Shown piece by piece: positions 50,590-60,141 of a DNA stretch of 64,000 bases. Made by a program: the position numbers and the translations under genes. Source of the stretch: an uncultured candidate division Zixibacteria bacterium (lineage in GTDB: Bacteria > Zixibacteria > MSB-5A5 > UBA10806). Position 1 is the stretch's first letter. Each line of letters opens with the position of its first letter. Below the pieces are notes generated by a model that saw only the letters and a program-made list of their open reading frames with translations, was not told where the DNA came from and searched no databases. Location: the NCBI GenBank assembly GCA_963801605.1, contig CAWDFP010000006.1, positions 256,001-320,000 on the forward strand, given 5' to 3'.

Positions 50590-53500
50590 AAAGGATAGCT
50601 ATAGCAACGGTTATTAGTCTGGCACTCGCCACGATACTGTTAGCGGCTAACGCTACTCAAAACCCTCACGGGAAACTTCAGTGGGAGTGCTATGATTGTC
50701 ACAATACAACGTCATGGACGTCCTTCAAAGAACCGATGACATTTCAGCATGACAAAACCGGTTTTCCTTTGGTGGGAAGACACGGTAAGGTCGATTGCGG
50801 CAATTGCCATAAAGATTTGAAGTTCTCCATGATAGGTTCCGCCTGCGCCGATTGCCATCCCGACATACACAGAGCGCAATTCGGGACAGATTGCGAAAAT
50901 TGCCATACGCCAAAAAACTGGGCAGACAATAAGGAAATAATTAATCTTCATGCCTCTAACGGCTTTCCATTGGTGGGAGTGCATGCGATTGCCGATTGTG
51001 ATGCCTGCCATATCGGCCAACAAAATAAAGAGTATGCCGGCACGCCAGTCGATTGCAAAGGGTGCCACGAAAGCAATTTCACATCTTCCACTGATCCCAA
51101 TCACAATCAGGCGGGATTTTCATCCGATTGTCAGAAATGCCATTTGCAGGTGGCATCAAGCTGGAAAAACACGACGTATCAGCACCCGGCGGCATTTGCT
51201 CTTCACGGAGGACATTTAACAATCGGCTGCAACAGTTGCCATACTCAAGGCTTCACCAATACAAGTTCGGATTGCTATTCGTGTCATCAAGCGCAGTTTA
51301 ATGCCACAACCAATCCGACACACGCCGCCTTTGGTTTCCCAACTACCTGTGCCGCCTGCCACAACGATGTCTCCTGGCAAGGAACACAATTCGATCATGT
51401 GCAGGCCAGCCAATTCGCCTTAAATGGGGCACATGCAACCGCACTGTGCACATCATGCCATATAAATAATCAACTAACGGGGCTGGCTCGCGATTGTTAT
51501 GGCTGCCACCAAAGAGATTTTTCGGGAGCCAACAACCCGGATCACGTCCAGGGCAATTTCCCTCAGACTTGTCTGACCTGCCATAATGAAAACGCCTGGT
51601 CACCGGCGACATTCGACCACAGTCAGTCGCGTTTCCCGCTTACCGGAGCCCATACCGCGCTTCAGTGCCAGGCTTGCCATGCAAACGGCTATCAGAATAC
51701 GCCATTCGATTGTTTCTCATGCCATCAGACTAATTATAATGGCGCCACGAATCCCAATCACGTTCAGAACAACTTCGATCACAACTGCGCAGTCTGCCAC
51801 AGCACATCAGCCTGGTCACCGTCGACTTTTAACCACAACAATACTACTTTCCCTCTGACCGGAGCTCACACGTCAATACAGTGCGTAGCCTGTCATTCGG
51901 CCGGTTACCAAAATACTCCGACGGATTGTTATTCATGTCATCAAGCGGCATTCAACGGAGTAAGCGATCCCAACCACGTGACGAATAATTTCAATCACGA
52001 TTGCACTCAATGCCATAACACCTCGGCCTGGACTCCAGCGACGTTCGATCACGCCAACACCCGATTCCCCTTGACGGGGGCGCATATTCCTCTGCAATGT
52101 ATCGCTTGCCATGCAAATGGATATCAAAATACGCCATACGACTGCTATTCATGTCATGCCAACGACTTCAACAACGCCACGGATCCAAATCATATCCAGA
52201 ATAATTTCAGCCATGACTGCACCCAATGCCACAATACATCAAGTTGGAGCGATGGTTTCAACCACAGTAATTTGGGATTTCCTTTAACAGGTGCGCATAC
52301 ATCCCTGCAATGTATCGCCTGTCATGCTAACGGGTATCAAAATACGCCTGCTGATTGTTATTCTTGCCATGAAGCGGCATTCAATGCGGTGACTGATCCA
52401 AACCACGTCCAAAACAATTTCAATCATGATTGTACTTTATGTCACAGTACGACTTCCTGGTCACCGGCAACATTCGATCATAGCTCAACCACGTTCCCTC
52501 TTACAGGAGCGCACACATCCGTTCAGTGCATAGCCTGTCATGCCAACGGCTACCAGAATACGCCTACGGATTGCTATTCATGTCATGAAGCAGCCTTCAT
52601 TGGAGTATCCGATCCTAATCACGTCACGAATAATTTTGATCATAACTGCACGATCTGCCACACTACCACCGGCTGGTCCCCGGCGACATTCGATCATAAC
52701 GGCACGGCTTTCCCTCTAACGGGAGCGCATATATCGCTACAGTGCATAGCCTGCCATGCCAACGGATATCAAAATACGCCGACGGATTGCTGGTCCTGTC
52801 ATCAGGCAGCCTACAATGGGGCAACCGATCCCAACCATGTTCAGAATAATTTTGATCATAATTGCACGATCTGTCACAGCACCACGGGCTGGTCGCCGTC
52901 GACATTCAATCACAACAATACCGCTTTTCCTCTAACGGGAGCGCATATATCGCTGCAGTGTATAGCCTGTCATGCCAATGGTTATCAAAATACACCTACT
53001 GATTGCTGGTCATGCCATTCCGGCGATTACAATCGAACCACGGATCCGAACCATGTTCAGAATAATTTCAGCCATGACTGTACCCAATGTCATAACACTT
53101 CAAGATGGGATGATGGTTTTAACCATGGCAATTTAGGTTTCCCCTTAACCGGAGCGCACTCGACGCTTCAATGTATCGCATGTCACGCTAATGGATATAT
53201 TAATACGCCTGCGGATTGTTATTCCTGCCATGAAACGGCATTTATTGGTGTAACCGATCCCAACCACGTTCAAAACAACTTTAATCATGATTGTACTCAA
53301 TGCCATACAACAAATGGCTGGACGCCAGCCACATTTGACCATGCAGGTACGCCATTCCCGTTAACCGGGGCACACGTTTCGGTGCAATGTGTAGCATGCC
53401 ATGCGAACGGTTATCAAAACACTCCGACGGATTGCTATGCCTGCCATCAAACAGCATACGATGGCGTAACCGATCCTAATCACGTTCAAAACAACTTCAA

Positions 53501-54857
53501 TCATGATTGTACTCAATGCCATACTACAAATGGCTGGACGCCGGCTACATTTGACCATTCAGGAACGCCATTTCCGTTAACCGGGGCACATGTTTCGGTG
53601 CAGTGCATAGCATGCCATGCGAATGGTTATCAGAATACTCCCACAGATTGCTATTCCTGCCATCAAACCGCATATAATGGCGTAACCGATCCCAATCACG
53701 TTCAAAATAATTTCGATCATAATTGCACGATCTGCCACACTACCACAGGTTGGTCACCATCGACCTTTAATCACGCTAATACTCCATTCCCATTAACAGG
53801 AGCACACACATCATTGCAGTGCGTAGCCTGCCACGCTAATGGATATCAAAACACTCCGACAGATTGCTATTCCTGCCATCAAACTGCCTATAACGGAGTG
53901 ACTGATCCTAACCACGTTCAAAACAATTTTGATCATAACTGCACGACCTGTCATACCACTTCAGGCTGGTCACCGGCCACATTCGACCATAGCAATACTA
54001 CTTTCCCCTTAACAGGAGCGCACACATCGTTGCAATGCGTAGCCTGTCATGCCAACGGATATCAAAATATACCAACCGATTGTTATTCCTGCCATCAAAC
54101 TGCCTATAACGGAGTAACTGATCCCAATCACGTTCAAAATAATTTCGATCATAATTGCACGATCTGCCACACCACTACTGGTTGGTCACCGGCCACATTC
54201 GACCATAGCAATACTACTTTCCCCCTAACAGGAGCGCACACTTCTTTACAATGCGTGGCCTGTCATGCCAACGGATATCAAAATATACCAACCGATTGTT
54301 ATTCCTGCCATCAAACTGCCTATAACGGAGTGACTGATCCCAATCACGTGTCTGATAATTTCAGCTATATTTGTACGCAGTGCCATACTACAACAGGTTG
54401 GTCCCCGGCTACGTTTAATCATAATCAGACATCCTTCCCGCTAACGGGCGCGCATGTGAGCCTGCAATGCCTGAGTTGCCACGCCAATGGATTCGACAAC
54501 ACGCCGACCGATTGTTTTGCCTGCCATCAAAGCGATTTTAATGGCGCCACAAATCCAAACCATCAGAGCGCTGGTTTCCCGACTCAATGCGTAATGTGTC
54601 ATAACACCAGCGCCTGGAGCCCATCAACATTTAATCACGACGCCCAATATTTCCCAATCTACTCAGGAAATCACCGGGGACGATGGAGTACCTGCTCGCA
54701 GTGCCATACCAATCCCTCGGATTTTAGCACATTTGAATGTATCCTCTGTCATGAGCATAACCGCACTGACACAGATTCGCACCATCAGGGCGTGCCGGGC
54801 TATCAGTACAACAGCCAGGCCTGCTATAATTGCCACCCCAGAGGAAGCGGCGGATGA
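50586..54857 (+). CDS. Giant multiheme cytochrome c, 58 CxxCH motifs, built from 72-aa triheme repeats
   Basis: ATGA overlap with the upstream stop. Signal peptide MKRIAIATVISLALA. 58 CxxCH counted manually in 1423 aa. Confidence 0.95.
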   Translation: MKRIAIATVISLALATILLAANATQNPHGKLQWECYDCHNTTSWTSFKEPMTFQHDKTGFPLVGRHGKVDCGNCHKDLKFSMIGSACADCHPDIHRAQFGTDCENCHTPKNWADNKEIINLHASNGFPLVGVHAIADCDACHIGQQNKEYAGTPVDCKGCHESNFTSSTDPNHNQAGFSSDCQKCHLQVASSWKNTTYQHPAAFALHGGHLTIGCNSCHTQGFTNTSSDCYSCHQAQFNATTNPTHAAFGFPTTCAACHNDVSWQGTQFDHVQASQFALNGAHATALCTSCHINNQLTGLARDCYGCHQRDFSGANNPDHVQGNFPQTCLTCHNENAWSPATFDHSQSRFPLTGAHTALQCQACHANGYQNTPFDCFSCHQTNYNGATNPNHVQNNFDHNCAVCHSTSAWSPSTFNHNNTTFPLTGAHTSIQCVACHSAGYQNTPTDCYSCHQAAFNGVSDPNHVTNNFNHDCTQCHNTSAWTPATFDHANTRFPLTGAHIPLQCIACHANGYQNTPYDCYSCHANDFNNATDPNHIQNNFSHDCTQCHNTSSWSDGFNHSNLGFPLTGAHTSLQCIACHANGYQNTPADCYSCHEAAFNAVTDPNHVQNNFNHDCTLCHSTTSWSPATFDHSSTTFPLTGAHTSVQCIACHANGYQNTPTDCYSCHEAAFIGVSDPNHVTNNFDHNCTICHTTTGWSPATFDHNGTAFPLTGAHISLQCIACHANGYQNTPTDCWSCHQAAYNGATDPNHVQNNFDHNCTICHSTTGWSPSTFNHNNTAFPLTGAHISLQCIACHANGYQNTPTDCWSCHSGDYNRTTDPNHVQNNFSHDCTQCHNTSRWDDGFNHGNLGFPLTGAHSTLQCIACHANGYINTPADCYSCHETAFIGVTDPNHVQNNFNHDCTQCHTTNGWTPATFDHAGTPFPLTGAHVSVQCVACHANGYQNTPTDCYACHQTAYDGVTDPNHVQNNFNHDCTQCHTTNGWTPATFDHSGTPFPLTGAHVSVQCIACHANGYQNTPTDCYSCHQTAYNGVTDPNHVQNNFDHNCTICHTTTGWSPSTFNHANTPFPLTGAHTSLQCVACHANGYQNTPTDCYSCHQTAYNGVTDPNHVQNNFDHNCTTCHTTSGWSPATFDHSNTTFPLTGAHTSLQCVACHANGYQNIPTDCYSCHQTAYNGVTDPNHVQNNFDHNCTICHTTTGWSPATFDHSNTTFPLTGAHTSLQCVACHANGYQNIPTDCYSCHQTAYNGVTDPNHVSDNFSYICTQCHTTTGWSPATFNHNQTSFPLTGAHVSLQCLSCHANGFDNTPTDCFACHQSDFNGATNPNHQSAGFPTQCVMCHNTSAWSPSTFNHDAQYFPIYSGNHRGRWSTCSQCHTNPSDFSTFECILCHEHNRTDTDSHHQGVPGYQYNSQACYNCHPRGSGG
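51590..54640 (+). repeat. Intragenic tandem repeat, ~14 copies of 216 bp
   Basis: Unit WSPATFDHxxTxFPLTGAHxSLQCxACHANGYQNTPTDCYSCHxxAxNGVTDPNHVQNNFxHxCTxCH. DNA-level similarity with synonymous divergence. Confidence 0.95.
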
Positions 54858-54881
54858 GACCTGAGATGGTAAATTAATGTT

Positions 54882-55667
54882 ATGAACATATTGTTATTGG
54901 TTTTCCCATTAGTATTGGCTCTTGGCGGAGAGAAAATAGAAACTCCGCACAAGGTTTTAAGGTTTGAGTGTAACGATTGTCATAGTTCCACAACCTGGCG
55001 GGAGGTCAAATTCGATCACGCTAAAACGGACTTTGCCCTTGAAGATCGGCATACGAAAGTAAAATGCGTCCAATGCCATTCGCTTGAGGATTTTCGTGTT
55101 GCGGGAAGTGATTGCGTTTCCTGTCATGATGATATTCATCAGGGCAAACTGGCCCATACTTGTGAACAATGCCACAGCGCCCGCGGGTGGTCCGTCTTCA
55201 ATACGTTGAAGGTTCATGCCAATACATCATTTCCCCTGATTGGCGCCCATGCCAGGCTCGATTGCCGCGCGTGTCATATCAGCGAAATAGAGGGAGAGTA
55301 TTCATTCTTGAAATCGGAGTGCATATTTTGTCATAAAACCGATTTTGAACAAGCTCAAAGTCCACCGCACACGCAGATGGGCCTGGGAACTCGCTGCGAG
55401 GATTGCCACTTTATGGTAAGTTGGCAACCAGCCAATTTTAGCGGACACGACTCGTTCTTTCCGATTTTTTCCGGCAGGCATGCCGGTGTCTGGACAAGCT
55501 GCGAAATTTGCCATGCCAGTTCGCAGGACTATACGATATTTGATTGTTTTAATTGTCACGAGCATTCCAAGGTTCGAATGGATGGTGCACATTCGGATAT
55601 CAGGAATTATGTATATGAAAGCGGCGCATGTTATTCTTGCCATCCTGGTGGCAGCGCTGGAGGATGA
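54882..55667 (+). CDS. Decaheme cytochrome c (short paralog of the giant cytochrome)
   Basis: Hydrophobic N-terminus, 10 CxxCH, C-terminus FPIFSGRH..CYSCHPGGSAGG parallels FPIYSGNH..CYNCHPRGSGG. Confidence 0.93.
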   Translation: MNILLLVFPLVLALGGEKIETPHKVLRFECNDCHSSTTWREVKFDHAKTDFALEDRHTKVKCVQCHSLEDFRVAGSDCVSCHDDIHQGKLAHTCEQCHSARGWSVFNTLKVHANTSFPLIGAHARLDCRACHISEIEGEYSFLKSECIFCHKTDFEQAQSPPHTQMGLGTRCEDCHFMVSWQPANFSGHDSFFPIFSGRHAGVWTSCEICHASSQDYTIFDCFNCHEHSKVRMDGAHSDIRNYVYESGACYSCHPGGSAGG

Positions 55668-57271
55668 TCATGAAAATATTAGCGATGCTCTTATTGCTAT
55701 TTTCGCCAGCCTATCTTCTGGCTCAAAAGACTACGTGCCATGTCAAGTATGTCTCCGGAGAAAGCATTTATATCGATGCCGGGAACGCTGACAGCCTGGC
55801 TGTAGGAGATACTCTTCGGATTGTGCACGGCGATAGCGTCACGGCAACGCTTGAGATATCTTTTGTAGCCGAAAATTCCTCGTCGTGCAAAATATTGAGT
55901 TCGTCCGGAGAAATCAGGGTAGGCGATTCGATTCAATTATCGCAAAAGCCTGTTATTGCCAAATCGATGCAGCCTGCGATTGATACCACCCAATCAGTTG
56001 CCATTCCCACGCCGGCACCGGCAGTGCCGGAACAAGCCGCAAAACCGAAGCCTGCCAGAGTCGATGGCAGCGTAGCGTTTCAGCTTTTTCGATTTACCGA
56101 TCGCAGCCCGTCCCACCTTAATTTTACCCAGCCGACCATGCGATTTAATTTAAAGGCAAACAAGCTTTTTGGCCAGGATATCACCCTTACTATCCGAACC
56201 GATAGCCGCTATAATATGCGCAGCCGCGCTTATAATATTGATGTACCTAAGAACGAATGGCGAAATCGAATATATCAGTTTTCTCTAGGCTTTGCCGGAG
56301 ACAACGCGCCATATAATTTCGAGGTTGGCCGAATCCTTTCAAATAAGGTCAGCGGAGTAGGGTATATCGATGGCTTTATGGCACAAAAAAGGGTGGGAAA
56401 TGGTTTTCAAATAGGAGGGTTTGGGGGAACTCAACCGGAGTGGCAATATTCCAATTTCCAAACCTCGCTTCAAAAATATGGGATTTTCGTAAGTTATGTA
56501 TCGGGTTCTTATCAGAAAAAACGCTTTGAATCAGCGGTGGCAGCCACTGGCGAATATCACGGTCAGATAGTTAGCCGGGAGTACTTCTTTATGAAAAACA
56601 ACCTCAATATTGGGGGCTCCTGGAACTTCTATCAAAGCAGCGAAATCGACATGAATCGCTCCTGGCGTAAGGCGAGAACTGGCAAGAGCTTATCGATAAC
56701 AAACCTGTTTCTTTCGGCGCGAGGCCGCCTATTTAAAAGGCTATCGGCATCTTTAAGTTATGATAACCGTAAAAATTATTGGACTTACGAGACGAGGTCT
56801 CTGGCCGACAGTCTGTTCGATAGTGTTCTTCGTCAGGGGATACGGACGGATTTATCGCTTCGGGCCGGAAAGGGGTTTTCGATCTTTACTAACTTTGGTT
56901 ACAATAAAAGATCAACCGATACCAGGGCCACTTACTCTTATGGAGGCGGCGTCAATAAGAGTAATTTCTTATCAACCAAGCAATTTTTTAACAGCCAGAT
57001 AACCGGTTTCTCGGGTCCTTTCACCGACGGATACAATCTATCTTTAACCGTTGGCCGATATCTGTGGGCGGGAAATATGCTCTCCCTAGGCTACGGTGCT
57101 TATGCCTATAAATTCAACGCCGCTGGAATCAGCAGACTTAACCAGTGGTTTCAAACCAACACGCAGTTCGATATAACTCATAGCGCCTATTTTTCCGGTA
57201 CATTCGAATACGATACCGGCAAGGATACCAAGGGCGAACGTCTGATTGGTGAATTAGGGTATCGTTTTTAA
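55664..57271 (+). CDS. Outer-membrane beta-barrel (porin) with small N-terminal domain
   Basis: ATGA overlap with the decaheme stop. Signal peptide, Pro-rich linker, amphipathic beta strands, C-terminal BAM-type signal GELGYRF. Confidence 0.82.
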   Translation: MIMKILAMLLLLFSPAYLLAQKTTCHVKYVSGESIYIDAGNADSLAVGDTLRIVHGDSVTATLEISFVAENSSSCKILSSSGEIRVGDSIQLSQKPVIAKSMQPAIDTTQSVAIPTPAPAVPEQAAKPKPARVDGSVAFQLFRFTDRSPSHLNFTQPTMRFNLKANKLFGQDITLTIRTDSRYNMRSRAYNIDVPKNEWRNRIYQFSLGFAGDNAPYNFEVGRILSNKVSGVGYIDGFMAQKRVGNGFQIGGFGGTQPEWQYSNFQTSLQKYGIFVSYVSGSYQKKRFESAVAATGEYHGQIVSREYFFMKNNLNIGGSWNFYQSSEIDMNRSWRKARTGKSLSITNLFLSARGRLFKRLSASLSYDNRKNYWTYETRSLADSLFDSVLRQGIRTDLSLRAGKGFSIFTNFGYNKRSTDTRATYSYGGGVNKSNFLSTKQFFNSQITGFSGPFTDGYNLSLTVGRYLWAGNMLSLGYGAYAYKFNAAGISRLNQWFQTNTQFDITHSAYFSGTFEYDTGKDTKGERLIGELGYRF

Positions 57272-57301
57272 GATCCTGATAAAGATCTGAGTGAGTATAT
57301 A

Positions 57302-58624
57302 ATGGAATCTGCAGCAATTTGGGTTATTACAGCTATTATAATTATAGGGATTATAACGCCCTATTTTGTCAAGTTCCGTAGAAGTCAGAAACACGATTTA
57401 GAGCGTATCAAGGAAGCACAACTCCTCGGATTGGACCGTCCCAGGGGACAATATCCTTTGATCGACATGTCGTTTTGTATCGGATGCGGCTCTTGTGTCA
57501 GAGCGTGCCCGGAGGAGGACGTTCTGGGCATCGTATTTGGGCGGGCGATGGTTGTCAATGGACAACGCTGTGTGGGGCATGGATACTGCGAAGCCGCCTG
57601 CCCGGTTGGGGCGCTGAAAGTGGGATTGGGCGATATTAAAACCCGACCCGATATTCCCATAACCGACGAATATGGTCAGACAAATATACCCGGCATCTAC
57701 ATAGCGGGCGAATTAGGAGGATTATCGCTTATAAGAAACGCGATAGATCAGGGACATAAGGCGATTAACCATATTTTTCAAAGCGGACGGCGCACGAATT
57801 CAAACGATATCTATGATGTTATCATCATTGGCGCCGGTCCAGCGGGGATGAGTGCGTCACTGGCGGCCATAAAGTATAATTTGCGATATGTTACGTTCGA
57901 CCAGCAACAGCCCGGCGGCACGATCCTTCAATACCCCCGTCAAAAATTGGTGATGACTCAACCGGTGGAAATTCCACTTTACGGCAAGCTCGATGCTGAG
58001 GAATATTCCAAGGAAGCGCTTCTTGAAATTTGGCAGGATGCAGTTCAAAAAAACAGCGTTTCCCTTAAATGCGACGAAAAAGTGGAACGGGTAATCACAG
58101 GTGACGGAATTATCGAAATTCAGACCCCAAAAGGAGGTTATCGAGCCGCGAATGTTATCCTGGCAATCGGACGACGCGGTACGCCAAGAAAACTGGGAGT
58201 GCCCGGGGAGGATCTTCCAAAGGTGATGTATCAACTCGTTGATGCTCAGTCGTATCAGAATAAAAATATCCTAATTGTAGGTGGTGGTGACAGTGCGGTT
58301 GAGGCGGCGGTCGGCCTGGCAAGGCAGAAAGGCAACAAGGTCACGATTTCATATCGTCAGGCTAAATTTGCGCGGGTCAAAAAGAAAAACGAGGACCGCA
58401 TTAATGAAATAATAGCGCAAAAAAAAGCCCGTCCAATATTCTTTTCGAATGTTCTCGAGATCAGAGAAAAAACGGCGCTGCTCAGGGTTGGCGACAATGA
58501 GAATCTCGAGATCCCCAACGATTATGTTTTCATATTTGCCGGGGGCGAACCGCCGTTTAAGATGCTAAATGAGATCGGAATAGTATTCGGGGGAGAGGCT
58601 AAGCCGATCCCTCTGGCATCATAA
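57302..58624 (+). CDS. Membrane-anchored ferredoxin - FAD/NAD(P)H oxidoreductase (thioredoxin-reductase/YpdA-like fold)
   Basis: N-terminal TM helix. CIGCGSCVRACP and CVGHGYCEAACP. PGIYIAGELGG. FAD motif IIGAGPAG. NADPH motif VGGGDSAVE..SYR. Confidence 0.88.
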   Translation: MESAAIWVITAIIIIGIITPYFVKFRRSQKHDLERIKEAQLLGLDRPRGQYPLIDMSFCIGCGSCVRACPEEDVLGIVFGRAMVVNGQRCVGHGYCEAACPVGALKVGLGDIKTRPDIPITDEYGQTNIPGIYIAGELGGLSLIRNAIDQGHKAINHIFQSGRRTNSNDIYDVIIIGAGPAGMSASLAAIKYNLRYVTFDQQQPGGTILQYPRQKLVMTQPVEIPLYGKLDAEEYSKEALLEIWQDAVQKNSVSLKCDEKVERVITGDGIIEIQTPKGGYRAANVILAIGRRGTPRKLGVPGEDLPKVMYQLVDAQSYQNKNILIVGGGDSAVEAAVGLARQKGNKVTISYRQAKFARVKKKNEDRINEIIAQKKARPIFFSNVLEIREKTALLRVGDNENLEIPNDYVFIFAGGEPPFKMLNEIGIVFGGEAKPIPLAS

Positions 58625-58773
58625 GTCTTCAATTATAAATTCCCCATATTTACTATCTTGTTCTGCTTATAAAGCCAAGATCATAGAAAAGACTTGCCAG
58701 CGGCAGTCGAGTAGGATAGAATCCTGCCTATTGGTGTGTCGGGGGGCGATAACGTATTTCCAGAGGTGAATGA

Positions 58774-60096
58774 ATGAGCAATACCTTGAGATTTCAAAGC
58801 ATAGCATTAGTTATTTTAGTAATTATAATCGGATTCGCTTGCCTGTCTGCCGGGGCTATTGAGACAAGCCCCACGACGGTTGCGCCCAAATACAAGATAA
58901 GCTTCACTGAGCGTTTTCGAATCGAAACCTGGGATAATACCACCAGTTTGAATGACACTCTCCACGCCGGAACCAGCTACACCAGAAACAGATCTACCAT
59001 TATGGGGCAGTGGTTTCCCAATGAGAAGGTTGAGTTGGCTTTAAAATTCGCCAACGAGTTTCGTTCCTATTTAGTCCCTGAGAACAGGCAATTTAATATA
59101 GATGAGCTCTTTATCGACCAGCTTTATTTCAAATGGAAAAATATCGCTAACGTTCCGCTGACCGTTACATTTGGCCGTCAAAACATGCAGTTCGGCGAGG
59201 GCTTTGTGATTATGGATGGAGGCCCGCTCGATGGATCACGCAGCGCTTATTTTAACGCCGTTCGCGCCGATTATGAATTTGCCTCCAAAAAGAATATCTC
59301 CGCGTTTTATACAGTCCAGAATCGTCGGGACGATTTGCTTCCCATTATAAATAATAAGAAAAAAGCCTTGAACGAACAAAACGAGCGCTCTGGCGCTATT
59401 TATTTTAACGGAGATTTCGATTCGAGGAATTTTCAGGCTTACTTTATCCGCAAAGATGCTAAAAGCGCAACCTCGCCCCCATACAATACTCACGTTAACA
59501 CCATCGGGGAACGCACCGTTACTCCGGTATATGCGAAATTATCGCTTACCTTTGAAGGCGCTTATCAATTCGGTAAACGTGGTGGAGCCGACCTGTCTGC
59601 TTATGGCGGTTATGCTTACCTTAGTTATCCGTTTTGTTGGCCGCTGCGCTTCCCTGTGAGCATGACGATCGGGACGATATATCTCAGCGGTGATAATCCC
59701 GACACGCACAAGTATGGGGGATGGGACCCTCTCTACGGACGTTGGCCTAAGTGGAGCGATTCCTATATCTACACCTTGCTGAAAGAAAATGGCGTTGCCT
59801 ATTGGACTAATCTCTTTTCGCTCTGGGGGCGAGCGCAAATTGATATCGCAAAGGGCGTTAAATTCTCATTCGATTATCATCATCTGAGAGCTCCGTTTAA
59901 CGACACGACCAGAATGACGTTCCCCGGCGGCAAGGGCAAATATCGAGGTGAATTGGGAATATTCAAATTGACTTATCAGATCAACAAGATGGTCAATGGA
60001 CGGATTATTTGGGAGAATTTTAATCCCGGCTCGTATTACCTTCCCGGCGCTGACAAGGCCAATTGGATGCAAATTGAATTTATGTTGAGTCTATAA
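58774..60096 (+). CDS. Alginate-export-family outer-membrane beta-barrel
   Basis: Signal peptide, ERFRIETW, GRQNMQFGEG, SGDNP, C-terminal beta strand WMQIEFMLSL. Confidence 0.75.
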   Translation: MSNTLRFQSIALVILVIIIGFACLSAGAIETSPTTVAPKYKISFTERFRIETWDNTTSLNDTLHAGTSYTRNRSTIMGQWFPNEKVELALKFANEFRSYLVPENRQFNIDELFIDQLYFKWKNIANVPLTVTFGRQNMQFGEGFVIMDGGPLDGSRSAYFNAVRADYEFASKKNISAFYTVQNRRDDLLPIINNKKKALNEQNERSGAIYFNGDFDSRNFQAYFIRKDAKSATSPPYNTHVNTIGERTVTPVYAKLSLTFEGAYQFGKRGGADLSAYGGYAYLSYPFCWPLRFPVSMTIGTIYLSGDNPDTHKYGGWDPLYGRWPKWSDSYIYTLLKENGVAYWTNLFSLWGRAQIDIAKGVKFSFDYHHLRAPFNDTTRMTFPGGKGKYRGELGIFKLTYQINKMVNGRIIWENFNPGSYYLPGADKANWMQIEFMLSL

Positions 60097-60141
60097 AATA
60101 TTAGAAAATGTGATGTATTGGCGATAGAGTAAGGAGATATT

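Noticed and set aside
51590..54640. Regular DNA repeats resembling a CRISPR array or DGR template/variable repeats
   Set aside because: In-frame 216-bp coding repeats with synonymous variation. No unique spacers, no cas or reverse transcriptase gene, no adenine-specific pattern evident.
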